The position numbers and the translations under genes are program-made. A model generated the notes under the pieces. The model had not been told where the DNA came from and did not search any database. It saw only the letters and a list, made by a program, of their open reading frames with translations. DNA of 64,000 nt from the human T2T-CHM13v2.0 reference genome, Homo sapiens. Below are positions 25,486-44,845 of this stretch, one piece after another; within the stretch, counting starts at the first letter, position 1, and the number at the start of each line of letters is the position of its first letter. The DNA is taken from the NCBI RefSeq assembly GCF_009914755.1, contig NC_060947.1. One strand, 5' to 3'.

Positions 25486-26214
25486 CTTAATACAGTCTGT
25501 AGCCTCCAGATATATCGTTGGGATGGTGACGGTGATAGTGTTTACATTAGCCTGTGTAAGATTCCCAGCCTGCTGGATAAAATTAACATTCATAAAATCT
25601 TTCAAGTTACTGCTGAATCTTATAATCTCTCTTTAAAAATCATCTATGATAGTACTCTCAAAAGGGAGATAAGACTGCCCTTTTGGGTGGTAGTAAAAGA
25701 GTTCCTCTGGGGGGGCTTTTGCAAACTACGCAGACCTACTTTCCACCATCGTTGCAATAGTGGGGTTTTCTTTAGTGCTAGCAGTGATTTGTACTCAGAA
25801 CTCCATCTAGATACTAGAACATTTTCAGCAGTGGATGGATGCCCTTACATTCACTTGCCACTCACTCATTGACCTACCCAGAGCAACTTCTAGTCCTGCA
25901 AGCTCCATGGATGGTAAAAAATACTGTATAAAAGGTTAAACATGCTACTTCTCTATAGGATACTTACCATGTGTTCTTTTTCAGCTTCTGCTTAATCTTT
26001 TCTATTAATTGGAAAAAACATAACCTCACAAAGCAGATTCAGAATGATGTATTGAACTCCTTCAAATTGGTAATTTTCAACCCTTAGTCTCGGTCTTGCT
26101 TTCTATAATGACACAGACTAATTCTAATTCCTCTTCTACCTGATAATCCTTCAGTTATTTAAGGATGGTTTTTTTCGCCTTCTGAAATGTCTCTTCCATT
26201 TCCTGTTGTGTTAG

Positions 26215-26460
26215 TAAAGCAATATAGCTAAGTTGTGGGCTCCAGAGCTGGATTGCCTGGGTTTGAATCTGGCCTTGAAGTTTACTATTGTATGTGATTC
26301 TGAGCAAGTTACTTAATTTGTGCCTTGGTTCTTCTGGAAAATGGGGACAATTAACACATAGTATCTACATCATAGAGTTATTGAAATAATTAAATTAGCT
26401 AATATAACTAATATATTTAGAACAGTTCCTGGCATATTTACCATAAATATTAGTTATTTT
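26215..26460 (+). mobile_element. MIR SINE
   Basis: gcctgggtttgaatctggc...gagcaagttacttaa...aaaatggggacaatt...agaacagttcctggcata. Confidence 0.85.
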
Positions 26461-26560
26461 TTATGGAACAAACTTTTTAGTTCTTTCATGATCATAGTTA
26501 TTTCCCCCTAGAAATGCATCAGTTTTTCATTGTTTATTTTTAAATTGTGGTAACAAGCTA

Positions 26561-27753
26561 CTGTCTTGTGTTACTTAATGTTGGGAATATATTCTGAGAA
26601 ATGCATTATTAGGCAATTTTGTCATTGTTGTGAGCATCATAGAATGTACTTACGCAAACCTAGATGGTATAGCCTACTACACACCTAGACTATATGGTAT
26701 AGCCTATTGCTCCTAGGCTACAAACCTGTACAGCATGTTACTGTTCTGAATACTATAGGCAAATGTAACACAATGGTATTTGTGTATCTAAACATAGAAA
26801 AGGGACAATAAAAGTATAGTATAAAACATTAAAAATGGTACTTCTGTATAGGATACCTACCATGAATGGAGCTTGCAGAACTAGAAGTGGTTCTAGGTGA
26901 GTCAACGAGTGAGTGGTGAATGAATGTGAAGGCCTGCTACATTACTGTACACTACTGTAAGGTTTATAAAACACTGTACACTTAAGCTATACTAAATTTA
27001 TTAAAAATATTTTTCTTCAATAAGAATTAATCTTAGCTTAGTATAACATTTTTACTTTATAAACTTTTAATTTTCTTAAACTTTTTGACTCTTTTGTAAT
27101 AACACTTAGCTTGAAATAAAAATAGATGTACAGCTGTACAAAATATTTCCTTTTTATATTCTTATTGTATAAGCTTTTAAAATTATTTATATTTTACTTT
27201 TTAAACTTTTTTTTAAAAGCTAAGACACAAACACATACATTAGACTAGGCCTATTCAGGATCAAGATAATCAGTTTCACTGTCTTCCCCCTCAACATCTT
27301 TTCCCACTGGAAGGTCTTCAGGGACAACAACACACATGGAGCTGTCATCTCCTATGATAACAATGCCTTCTTCTGGAATGCCTTCTGAAAGACCTCCCTG
27401 AGGCTGTTTTACAGTTAACTTTTAAAAATAAGTAGATGGGGTACACTATAAATCAATGATAAAAAGTATAATATAATAAATACATAAACTAGTAACAGTC
27501 ATTTATTATTATCAAGTATTATGTACTATATGTAATTGTATGTGCTATGTACTTTTATATGCATGGCAGTACCGTAGGTTTGTTTCCACCAGCATCACCA
27601 CAAACATGTGAGTAATGCCTTGTGCTACATTGTTGCAGTGACTGTGATGTCACCAGGGGATAGGAATTTTTCAGTTCCATTATAATTTTATTGGACCACC
27701 TTTGTGTATGTGGTCCATCATTGACTGAAACATTGTTGTGTGGTACATGGCTG
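26561..27753 (+). mobile_element. Tigger3b-type (TcMar) non-autonomous DNA transposon
   Basis: TA-flanked termini ta|ctgtcttgtg...catggctg|ta; ctagatggtatagcctactacacacctag core; ~1.2 kb. Confidence 0.9.
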
Positions 27754-28008
27754 TATAATATTCTAAGTGTGATATAGCTAGGCCTCTTGTCTCATATTCT
27801 GCACCCTCTACTTCTTTTGATAAATAGATGTAGGATTTTTTTTGTAACTAAGTCACACTGATGATCACATTGATTGCATCTACTAATCTTGTTTTTAAAT
27901 AATCTGCTGTTTATCTAGGTTTCTTCCCTACTCTGAACATGAAACAGTTGTTCTTTTTTTCTAAACAGTTTATTTTTTAACCTAGATGGTGACTTTACAT
28001 TTATACCT

Positions 28009-28893
28009 TGTGGTTGGCTCCAGAAGATACCCAGCCCTACTCCCTGGAACCTGTGAATGTTACCTTATATAGTAGAAGGGACTCTGCAGGTGTCCCTTTT
28101 AAGTCAAGGATCTTGAGATGGGGAGATTTTCCTTAGACAATCTGAGTGGGCCCTGTTACAATTTGGATATGTAGTCCTACCTGTATCTCATACTGAATTG
28201 TAATCCCCAGTATTGGAGGTGAGGCCTGGTGGAAGTGATTGGATCATGGAAGCAGATTTTTTATGAATGTTTTAGCACTATCCCTTTGTTGCTGTCCTTG
28301 CGTTAGTGAGTTTTCATGAGATCTGGTTGTTTAAAAAGTGTATGGCATCCCCCTGCGTCTCTCTCTTGCTCCTGATTTTGCCATGTGATGTGGCTTCTCC
28401 CATTTCACACCATGATTATAAGCTTTCTGAGGCTTTCCCAGAATCACATGCCTCTCTGCTTCTTGTACAACCTGCACAACTGTGAGCCGATGAAACCTAT
28501 TTTCTTTATAAATTATCCACTCTCAGGTATTTCTTTATAGCAATGCAAGAATGGACTAATACAGCTCTATTGGTGTCATACATGTCCTTATAAGAGGGAG
28601 ACAGAAGGAGATGTGTGATCAAAGACGAAGGCAATGTGGTGACTAAAACAAGATATGATACTGATGGCTTTGAAGATGGAGGAAGGGGCAAAGGAATGCA
28701 AGGAATGCAGCTCTAGAAGCCAGAAAAGTCAAGAGTATTTGGAAAGAGTGTGGCCCTATTGACACGTTGATTTTGGCCAAGTGAAACTGATTTTCAATTT
28801 CTGACTTCCAGAACAGCAGGAGAATAAGTGTTTGTTGTTTCATGCCACCAAGTTTATGGTAATTTGTTTCAGCAGCCATAGAAAACTAATACA
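28009..28893 (+). mobile_element. MLT1C/D solo LTR split by an MST LTR
   Basis: cctggaacctgtgaatgttacctta...ggctttgaagatggaggaagggg...gaaaactaataca; exact 5-bp TSD tacct (28004-28008 / 28894-28898). Confidence 0.88.
28154..28563 (+). mobile_element. MSTA/MSTB solo LTR
   Basis: tgttacaatttggatatg...gtaatccccagtattggaggtgaggcctgg...gaatggactaataca; homologous to the LTRs at 29304 and 31336. Confidence 0.9.
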
Positions 28894-28984
28894 TACCTAT
28901 TATGCTTCATTTTGTTATTTTTAGCCTATTATTCTAGCCTGTCAAGTTTATTTGGTTGTTTTTTAAATAAACCTTTTGTATTTT

Positions 28985-29140
28985 TAGATGTTGAGTACTA
29001 GCTATGGACAAGGTGTGATGTAACATGTTACTTAGAGTATCTCTACTACTCTTGATGATACTTTATGTGAATATTATTAACCTCATTTTGTAGATGAGAA
29101 AACTGAGGTTCAGAGTAAGTGGTTTGTCCAAGATCATACA
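28985..29140 (-). mobile_element. MIR fragment
   Basis: ctcattttgtagatgagaaaactgaggttcagag...tgtccaagatcatac. Confidence 0.75.
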
Positions 29141-29179
29141 AAAAAAACATCTTAGCAGTGTTCAAATACCGGTTTGTAG

Positions 29180-29298
29180 TTAGGAAGGTTGTGCATATGT
29201 GCATACAAGGGTTATATGGGAATTATCTGTATGTTCTGTTCAATTTTGCTATGAACCTAAAACTGCTCAAGAATTAAAGTTTATTAATTCAAATAAAA
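29180..29298 (+). mobile_element. L1MC/MD 3'-terminal stub
   Basis: tatatgggaattatctgtatgttctgttcaattttgctatgaacctaaaactgctc then A-rich end. Confidence 0.7.
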
Positions 29299-29303
29299 CA
29301 GGG

Positions 29304-31753
29304 TGATATGGTTTGGATCTGTGTCCCCACCCAAATCTAATGTTCAAATGTAATCCCCAGTGTTGGAAGTGGGGCCTGGTGGGATGTGATTAGATCATGG
29401 GGGTGAATCCTTTATAATTGGTTCAGCGCCATCCCTTTGGTGCCATTATCATGATAGAGCTTTCATGAGATCTTGTTTAAAAGTGTGTAGCACCTCCTTT
29501 CTCACTTTCTCTTCATCCTGCTCTGGTCTTGTGAGGTGCCAGCTCCCCCTTTGCCTTCCATCATGATTTTAAGTTTCTTGAGATTTCCTGAGAAGCGAGC
29601 AGATGCCAGCATTATGCTTCCTGTACAGCCTGTGGAACCATGAGCTAATTAAATATCTTTTCTTTATAAATTACCCAGTGTCAGGCATTTCTTTATATGA
29701 ATGAGATAATGGACTAATACAGAAAATTGGCACAGAGAAGTGGGGCATTGTTATGGAGATACCAGAAAATGTGGAAGCAATTTTGGAACCTGGTAATGGG
29801 CAAAGGTTGGAAGCATATGGAGGGCTCAGAAGAAGATAGGAAGATGAGGGAAAATTTGGAAATCCCTAAAGATTGGTTAAATGGTTGTATTCACAATGCT
29901 GACAGTGAAGGCCAGGCTCAGGAGGTCTCACCTGGAAATGAGGAACTTATTGGAAACTGAAGCAAAGGTCACTTTTGTCATGTATTAGCAAAGAGGAAGG
30001 CTGCATCATGCACAGATGTAGGGATCTGTGGAAATTTGAGCTTGGGAATGATGATTTAAAGTATCTGGCAGAAGGAATTTCTAAGCAGCAAGACATTTAA
30101 GATGTTGACAGGCTGCTTCTAACAGCCTATGCTCATATGTGTGAGCAAACAAATGACATAAAACTGGAACTTATATTTAAAAGGGAAGCAGAGTGTAAAA
30201 GTTTGGAAAATGTGCAGCCTGACCATGTGATAAAAAAGGAAAACACATTTTCTGGGGAGGAGTTCATGGCAGCTGCAGAAATTTGCATAAGTGAAAATGA
30301 GGCAATTGCTGATAACCAAGACGGTGGGAAAAAGGCCTCCAAGGCTTCAGAGACCTTTGTGGCAGCCCCTTCCTTCATAGGCCCAGAGACCTAGGAGGGA
30401 AGAATGGTTTCATGAGCCAGGCCCAGTGCCCTTCTGCCCTGCACAGCTTTGGGACACTGCTCTCTGCATCCCAGAAGCTCTAGCTCCAGCTGTGTCTCAA
30501 AAGGGCCCAGGTGCAGCTTGGGTCACTGCTCACTAGCTTGTAAGCTGTAATTGTTGGTGGCTTTCATGTGATGTTAAACCTGTGGGTGCACAGAATCCGA
30601 GTTGAGGCTTGGAAGCCCCCACCTAGATTTCAGAAGATGTATGGAAAAGCTTGGATGTCTAGGTGGAAGCCTGATGCAGGAACAAAGCCCTCATGGAGAA
30701 CCTCTGCTAGGGCAGTGCAGAGGAGAAATGTGAGGTTGGAGCACCTATACAGAGTTCCCACTGGGTCACTGCCTGGTGAAGCTATGAGAAGAGGGCCACT
30801 GTCCTCCAGACTCCAGAATGGTAGATCCACCAACGGTTGCACCTTGTGCCTGGAAAAGCTACAGACACTCAACACCAACCCTTGAGAGCCGCTGTGTGGA
30901 CTGAAGCCTGCAAAGCCACAGGGGCAGGGCTGTGCAAGGCCTTGAGAGCCCACCCCTTACATCAGCATGCCCTGGGTGTAAGACATGGATTCAAAGTAGA
31001 TTATTTTGGAGCTTTAAAATTTAATGACTGCCCTGCTGGGTTTTGGACTTGCATGTGGCTGTAGCCCCGCCTTTTTTTGGCTGATTTATTTCTTTTGGAA
31101 TAGGGATATATTTACCTAATGCTTATACCCCCATAGTATCTTTGAAATAACTAATTTGCTTTTGATTTTACAGACTCCTAGGTGGAAGGGACTAGCCTTT
31201 TGTCTCAGATGAGACTTTGGATTTTGGACTTTTGAGTTAATGCTTGAATGAGTTAATACTTTGTTGACTGTTGATAAGGGATGATTGTGTTTTGCAATGT
31301 GAGCACAGGTGATTTGGGAGGGGCCTGGGGTGGAATGGTATGGTTTGGACCTGTATCCCCACCCAAATATCATGTTGAATTTTAATCCCCAATGTTGGAG
31401 GTGGGGCCTGGTGAGAGGTGATTGGATCATGGGAGTGGATTGTTAGCACCATTCCTTTGGTGCTGTTCTCATGACAGAGTTCTCATGAGATCTGGTTGTT
31501 TGTTTAAAAATATGTGGCACCTCCCCTCTTACTCTTTCTCCTGCTCCAGCCATGAGAGGTGCCCACTCCCCCTTTGCCTTCCACCATGATTGTAACTTTC
31601 CTGAGGCCTCCCAAGAAGCTGAGCAGATGTCAGTATTATGCTTCCTGTGCGGCCTGTGGAACCATGAGCCAATTAAGCCTCTTTTTTTTTTTTTTTAATA
31701 AATTACCAAGTGTCAGGCATTTCTTTATAGCAATTCGAGTACTGACTAATACA
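29304..31753 (+). mobile_element. Two-LTR MaLR element (MSTA-like LTR 29304-29721, internal 29722-31335, LTR 31336-31753)
   Basis: Direct repeats tgatatggtttgga...gactaataca; internal starts gaaaattggcacagagaagtgggg; purine tract gggaggggcctggggtggaa before the 3' LTR; degenerate TSD caggg/ttggg. Confidence 0.93.
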
Positions 31754-33532
31754 TTGGGGATGAAGATAATGAAAAATGAAACAAGTTTATACAACTGCAA
31801 AACCTATAGAGGAAGCAGTGGTTAACTCCAAGTTTGATTACAAAACCCATTATTCTTCTCAGTGTACAAATGGCTCTCAGAGTGTGGTCCAAGGACCCCC
31901 AGGAGTTCATGAGACTTCCAGGGTCCCCATGAGATCAAAACTATTTTGAATATAGGGCCTACTAAGTTATGATTTGGATTTTTAAAAAATGTTTTGATAT
32001 TTCCACTCTTGGGGAAAAAACAACTGTATCTGAGCACAAATTATGGCAGTGGTACTAAACTGTACTAGCAGTTACTGTATTCTTCAATACCACACACTCA
32101 CAGTAAAATTAAAAAGTCAGTTTCCATTAAAAATGTCCTTGATGAAACAATTAAAATTGTTGTAATTGTATTATATTTTGACCTGGAGTACATAGTCATT
32201 TAATATTCTTTGTGAGAAAATGGGAAGTACACATAAAGCATGTCTGCAGCATGAAGACATATGGTGGTTGCCTTGAGGAAAAAACACTTGTGTGTTTGAG
32301 TTGCAAGCCAATGTAGCCATTTTACTTATGGAATTGAACCTAAAGGAACAATTAACAGATAAACTAGTTATGCAGACTTAGGCATTTTGCAGGCATTTTT
32401 TTCTCAAAAATGAATGAAGTGAGCTTTTCATGTCAAGACAAACTGAGAATATTTATTACCAGTGATAAAATTTGAGCTTTTAAATGAAAATTACAATTTT
32501 GGGAAACTTTAATCTATCACTATGAGCTTGACAGCTTCTAAATACTTAAAAGCTGTTCTGATGAAATCAATGGTGATGTTAAGTCAAATGTTTTTATTTT
32601 GTTAGATTACAAAATGGATCTGTATTAGGAAAATCTGCATAGCTCAGTGGATCAATACAGATGACCAAACCATGATGTTACAGAATCATGAGTTTAAAAG
32701 ATGCATTCAAAGTGTAAGACAAACACTTCTGATTTATGGTCTGGCATGTAAAGAGCTTGGAAGTTGTAATTTGATCCTGACAATAGATAAAAAGCTGAAC
32801 AGACTGAAAAACAACAACTCTTCATAGATCTGTCAGATAATTGAGGTCTTGAGGCAAATTACTGGCCCCAAATTGGAAAGAGAGAGAGGCAAATTCAGAG
32901 GATCATGTCTTACCAGTACAGAAACCCACAAGCAGAAACCTCTGTAGGAACCAGTACTGGGTGAGGAAAACCTGAACAAAGAACTCTGCTTGGTTCTTAC
33001 AATGAAGATCAAAGAGAAATACCTGTGTGCTTCTAGCAGTGGGAGGAGAAAAGTAGGTAGCCCTTTGGAAATATGTCAGAGCATTCTGTTATTCTTAACA
33101 AGTGTTCTGAAGAGCAACTGTTTTACCAGAGCCTAACTTATTGGGGTTTTATGAGTTTAACTGGAGGGAAGGACATTACCCAATTCCAGTGCCTTCTAGC
33201 CATCCTGTTTCACCTAAGGGGAGGATGAAATTGTGCAGCATTTGCAAAGTTCACAGTGCAGGGGGCCATGCTCATTAAAAGACTGAGCTCTAAATCATAG
33301 GACTGTAGAATTCTTCCCCTTCCCCTACAACTTACAACCACATCACTAAAGGCCTATTTACTGCAGTTTCTTTTAAACTGTGCATTATGTCCACCTTTCA
33401 ACAAAAGATTACAAGGCATATTAAAAGACAAAAAAAATACAGTTTGAAGAGACAAAGCAAGCATCAGCACCATAGTTAGATATGGCAGAAATATTATAAT
33501 TATCAGACCAGCAATTAAAAATAACTGTGATT

Positions 33533-33812
33533 GTGAATAGTGTTGCAATAAACATACACGTGCATGTATCTTTGTAATCGAATTATATATATTACTTGGG
33601 CACAGGGAGGGAAACAACACACACTGGGGCCTGTCGGGAGATGGGGTGGGGGGAGGGAGAGCATTAGAAAAATAGCTAATGCATGCTGGGCTTAATACTT
33701 AGGTGATGGGTTAATGATGCAGCTAACCACTATGGCACACGTTTACCTATGTAACAAACCTGCACGTCCTGCACATGTACCCCAGAACTAAAAATAAAAA
33801 CAAATTAAAAAA
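33533..33812 (+). mobile_element. Short L1PA10-12-like 3' end with a 5' inverted segment
   Basis: Antisense L1 piece 33533-33600 joined to sense 3'UTR (ctatgtaacaaacctgcacgtcctgcacatgtacccc) and A-tail; flanks aaaataactgtgatt / aaaaaacgatgatt. Confidence 0.85.
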
Positions 33813-34065
33813 CGATGATTAATATGCTAAGGATTCTAATGGAAAAATAGACAACATGTAAGAATAGATTAGTAATGTAAGCAGAGACATGGAAATTCTA
33901 AGAATCAAAAAGAAAGGCTGGATAGAAATGAAGAATGCTTTTAATGGGCCTGTTAATAGACTGGGTATTGTTGAGAAAAGACATTCTGAGCTTGAGGATA
34001 TATCAGTAGAAAACTGCAAAACTGAAAAGCAAAAAGAAGAAACATTGAAGAAAATGGGGCAGAGA

Positions 34066-34101
34066 ATCATTTTTTGGCCTTTTGGCTAAGAAAGATCAAG
34101 T
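34066..34101 (+). pseudogene. 3'-truncated U2 snRNA retrocopy
   Basis: atcattttttggccttttggctaagaaagatcaagt versus U2 5' end ATCGCTTCTCGGCCTTTTGGCTAAGATCAAGT; flanked by aaaatggggcagag / aaaatggaatagag. Confidence 0.8.
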
Positions 34102-35643
34102 TAAAATGGAATAGAGTATCCAAGAATTTTGCCACAACTACACAAGTGAGACATTGAAGAGATTTGTAAAAGTGTAAAACAGTACCACTTTTCTCTCTAA
34201 ATTTTTTTTGTAAAAAATAATCGTTTTTATATTAACATGTAAAGGGCTTATTGTTATTGAAAATATATTAATAACTAAAAATTGATCCATTATAATATGG
34301 TTACTATTGGTAGAATTCACATAAACAAAAGTTCTGTGGAGTCCTATAAACTTTTCAAGAGTGTAAGGGGATCCTGAGACCAAAAAGATTGAGAACTATT
34401 ATACTATACCATGTTGCCTTATGCATCCTACTAGCCATCCAACCCAGATTTGGCAATCATGCCTCCTTTGTCCATAAGTTGTTAAAATTTTTTAGAAGAA
34501 AAGGACAAAAGTGGAGCCTTTACTGGTTTGTTCCTAGATACATTTCTCCAAGTTGACATGAATTCATTAATCCTATCCTTTCTTTGTAACCTACTAATTA
34601 CAAATTCATCTAACTTTGGGGCATCTTGAAAAATATGTCAAATCTTTAACTGAACAAGATAGAGCGTATCTCTGGTGTGTGTTAGCTCTTTCAGTCTAAT
34701 CAACCAAAAGAGGTTAATTTGGCATTACTAGTTTTATTGGGTTCATGCTGGCTACTACCAATTTCCTTTCTAGGTTATTCATGAATCATCTATAATAGTA
34801 ATTTATTCTAGAATTTTTCTGGGCCTTCATGTTACTTTTGACATTCTATAGTTTATATAGTTGTTGGTTTTTCCCTTTCCTCCATTTTAGAAAAGGCAGA
34901 AAATGTTATATACAGTGTTCAGGTATCTCTTCTACTTTCAAAGTCCTATCAGCCATTTTATGTGTCCAAGTTTGTAATGTATCTGGTCCTGGAAATTATA
35001 TTATTTTAGAATAGCTGAATATTCCTTTACTCTCTCCTCATATATCATAATGTACTTCAGTTCTCTCATAACCATATTTGTTCACACTTTCTAGTTTGAT
35101 AACCATTTTTGTAGAGAAAATGAAACAAATAGAGGTTGAATAGTCCTGCTTTTTCATCTAATAACATGATAGTGTATTTTAAAAAGAGTGAGCCCATTAC
35201 TTATATGGGACTTTTTGATCTGATTCTACTTTTAATAAGTCATTTTGTATTGTTATTAGCATCTTTGTAACCCTTATGTCACTCTGGGCTTTAGCCTTAA
35301 TACAATTCTTAGAGTTACTGCACTGTGACTTTTGTGTTCTCATCCTTTGTCAAAAGTCCCTTCTTCCATTTTTATATATCTTTCTTTTAAATATGACTTC
35401 ATTAAAGAGCTGCTTAAGGGCTGTTTGATGGGTCATATGTCTTGTTAAAACACCATTTTGTTTTTTATCAGGATCCTTTAAAATTATTTTGGGAAAATTT
35501 TGCTTTTGAAAAATGCCTTTCTTAAACTAACTCTTAGAATGTGTGTGCATCTCATTTATTAAGTACCTGATATGAATGAGGGAGAAATTTCAAACTTTTA
35601 AACTGTGACCCATAGTTATAAATGCATTTTACAGTCATGTCTT

Positions 35644-35646
<3 letters not shown>

Positions 35647-35683
<37 letters not shown>
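35647..35683. repeat. (AC)18 microsatellite
   Basis: Direct reading. Confidence 0.97.
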
Positions 35684-35684
<1 letters not shown>

Positions 35685-35869
35685 CTGGAACAGAAGTTTA
35701 GAAAATAATGTTATTGTGTCAAATAACAATCAAGAGATATTAATAGGAACCACAAAGTAATTTGAACACAGAAAGTTATTATAAGGAATTAACAACTATA
35801 ACAAAAGACTGTAGTAGTGGGAGACTGACTGATAGGGGATAAAGAGAATTCCAAAGAATACAAGAACAG

Positions 35870-42849
<6,980 letters not shown>

Positions 42850-43539
42850 AAAGAATACAGGAATAGCGGACATAGGGAGCAGCTACTACTCTTAGTGCTG
42901 GGATAGAGTGCCCAGGGAAGGAATAAAACTAGAAGACCATCTTTCCCATGGCCCAGGACTGAGATCTAGACCTTGCTGGAAAGGGCGTGGTCATGGCTCA
43001 CTGGTTGGTAGAGAAATTAGCTGAGATGCTACACTGAAATGACTCACAGAGAATCTGGGGAAATTTGTTTTCTGGAATCCTATGGGGAATTATTCATGAA
43101 CAGGTACCCTGCCTTGGAGCCTACTTCAAAGCTGCCTGAGGAGGTAGTAGGGGTAGCCATTCATGTGGTGTCATGTGAGCAGCATTTTTTGGGAAACTGC
43201 TTGGGTGGTGATAGGGAAGCATTTTATGGGAAGAAGCCACACTGATGGCACTGTATGCCTAAAGGGTTGCCAGAGAGAATCTTCCCATGGGGTGACACTG
43301 CATGCTGCTGTTCACCATTTACTGGATGAGTCTGCTGAGAAGAGCTCTTGGAACTGAAGTGAATAAATTGATAACTGGCATTTTATTCTTATTATGTGCA
43401 GTGCTCTCTGATATCCGTTATTCTGTTTTATTTTTTAAAACAATGCTAGTGTGACACACTTAATTCATTTAATTGGTTGTGGCCTGTAGTTTAGAAACTA
43501 ATGAGGTAAAATATATAGAGAGATGTAAGCAATGGTCCT

Positions 43540-44800
43540 TGACTTTGGGGAGCATTAAAACCCAATACTTCAAGAGAATATTTTCATAAAGAAATGAACT
43601 GTAAGGTAATATAGATTGAGGGTTGCACAAATGCTATGGTCTCATGGGCATCCACTAATCATTAATAGCATTTAAAGGTATAAATTAGATGAGTAGATAA
43701 ATTGGCAGATATAGTAATGAATTAGATAAGTAGAGAGGAGCGTGGAGGGCATTGTGCTTGGACTTAAGCAAGTGTATGGATTGCTATTACAGAATTGTAA
43801 ATATGGACATGACTTGGTCAGACTTGCATTTCATGTATTTGTTTTAATTTATCTTTTATGTACATTGCTCTGTGGGTAGTTTAGAGGATGGATTTGAAGA
43901 AGACAAGATCAGAGGAAGGGAGATTGTGTAGGAGGTATTATAGTTCTTAAAGGAAATGAATGCCTAAAATCGAGTATAGGTAATAGTGATAGAGAAAAAA
44001 GACTAAGAATAATATGGGTAAAACCATTTCGTATTGGTTCTTGATTTAATAAGAAGAAAGGGAAGGAGGTAGTTAAGAGTCCCAAGTTTTTGGTTGCAGA
44101 GCCTGGAGAGATAACAAGGAAAAAACACATGGGAAGGACCAAGTAAGACAGGAAGATGATACGTTCAGTTTGGTGAATAATAGTAATTATAATTTAAGCT
44201 AACATGAACTGAGCACTTACCACACTACAGTCAGTGTCTTAAGCAATTTACATGTATTAATTTAATTCTCATAACAATCCTATGAGGTAGGTACAATTAT
44301 TAGTATTCCAATTTTCATATAAGATTATGTAACTTTTCCAGGGTCACACAGCACAAGTTGAAGCCGAGATTCAAACTCAATCTGGTTCCAGAGCCTGTGA
44401 AGTACCTATGAAAGATATTCACGTGGAGATGGATACTCACATGAATGTAGGTTGAGATTGGAGATCTAGATATGGAAGCCATTAGTAACTTAGTTGATAG
44501 TTTAAAAAAGAAGAGGTGAATGAGATCACCTGGGGAGTATGTTAAAGAGTGCAAAAGTTAGGAGGTGGTCAGATTAGGAAGGACCTTGAATGACAAACTT
44601 TGCATGTTTAGCTCTTGAGAGTGGAGTGCTACTAGAACTTTTTAACTCAAAAGGAGATGAGGCAGGGATGTGCAAATATGGCTGTAAATGTAGGCAAAAG
44701 CTTTGTGGGGCAGAGAATAAAAGGAAAAAGACCAATTAGTAGATTTTGGTCATCAGTTATGAGACAATAAAGACCTAGGTCAGTGTTAACAAAGAGGCTA
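43540..44800 (-). mobile_element. Decayed LINE-2 fragments
   Basis: gacatgacttggtcagacttgcattt, gagtcccaagtttttggttg, tgagatcacctggggagta motifs. Confidence 0.55.
44180..44398 (-). mobile_element. MIR SINE
   Basis: tgagcacttac...ctcataacaatcctatgaggtaggtac...agggtcacacagc...gagattcaaactc. Confidence 0.85.
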
Positions 44801-44845
44801 CCGAAAAAAGGGGTGTCTAGTCATCAGGTGGGCACCATTGGAGTA

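Larger units (their letters stand above)
32722..34142 (+). mobile_element. Old L1M 5'UTR and ORF1 N-terminal fragment
   Basis: ORF 33889-34089 (IEMKNAFNGPVNRLGIVEKRHSELED) is L1 ORF1 coiled-coil-like. Confidence 0.75.
31868..34400. mobile_element. Charlie1-type hAT DNA transposon, split by an L1M insertion (pieces ~31868-32721 and ~34143-34400)
   Basis: Termini aatggctctcagagtgtggtccaaggacccc and gatcctgagaccaaaaagattgagaactatt; transposase-like remnant between. Confidence 0.75.
26030..35560 (-). mobile_element. Dispersed CR1/L3-like fragments (~26030-26200, 26465-26555, 27760-28008, 28894-28960, 34410-35560)
   Basis: Recalled antisense L3 motifs: tgataatccttcagttatttaagga, gactttacatttatacct|attatgcttcattttgtta, gagaaaatgaaacaaatagaggttgaatagtcctgcttt. 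Confidence 0.5.

Noticed and set aside
25707-25765. Weak minus-strand resemblance to U1 snRNA near the Sm site (ggtggaaagtaggtctgcgtagtttg)
   Set aside because: Short, many mismatches, no U1 5' end, 3' stem-loop or TSD.
29727-31430. ORFs in the MST internal region
   Set aside because: Fragmented MaLR internal remnants in several frames; no continuous coding sequence.
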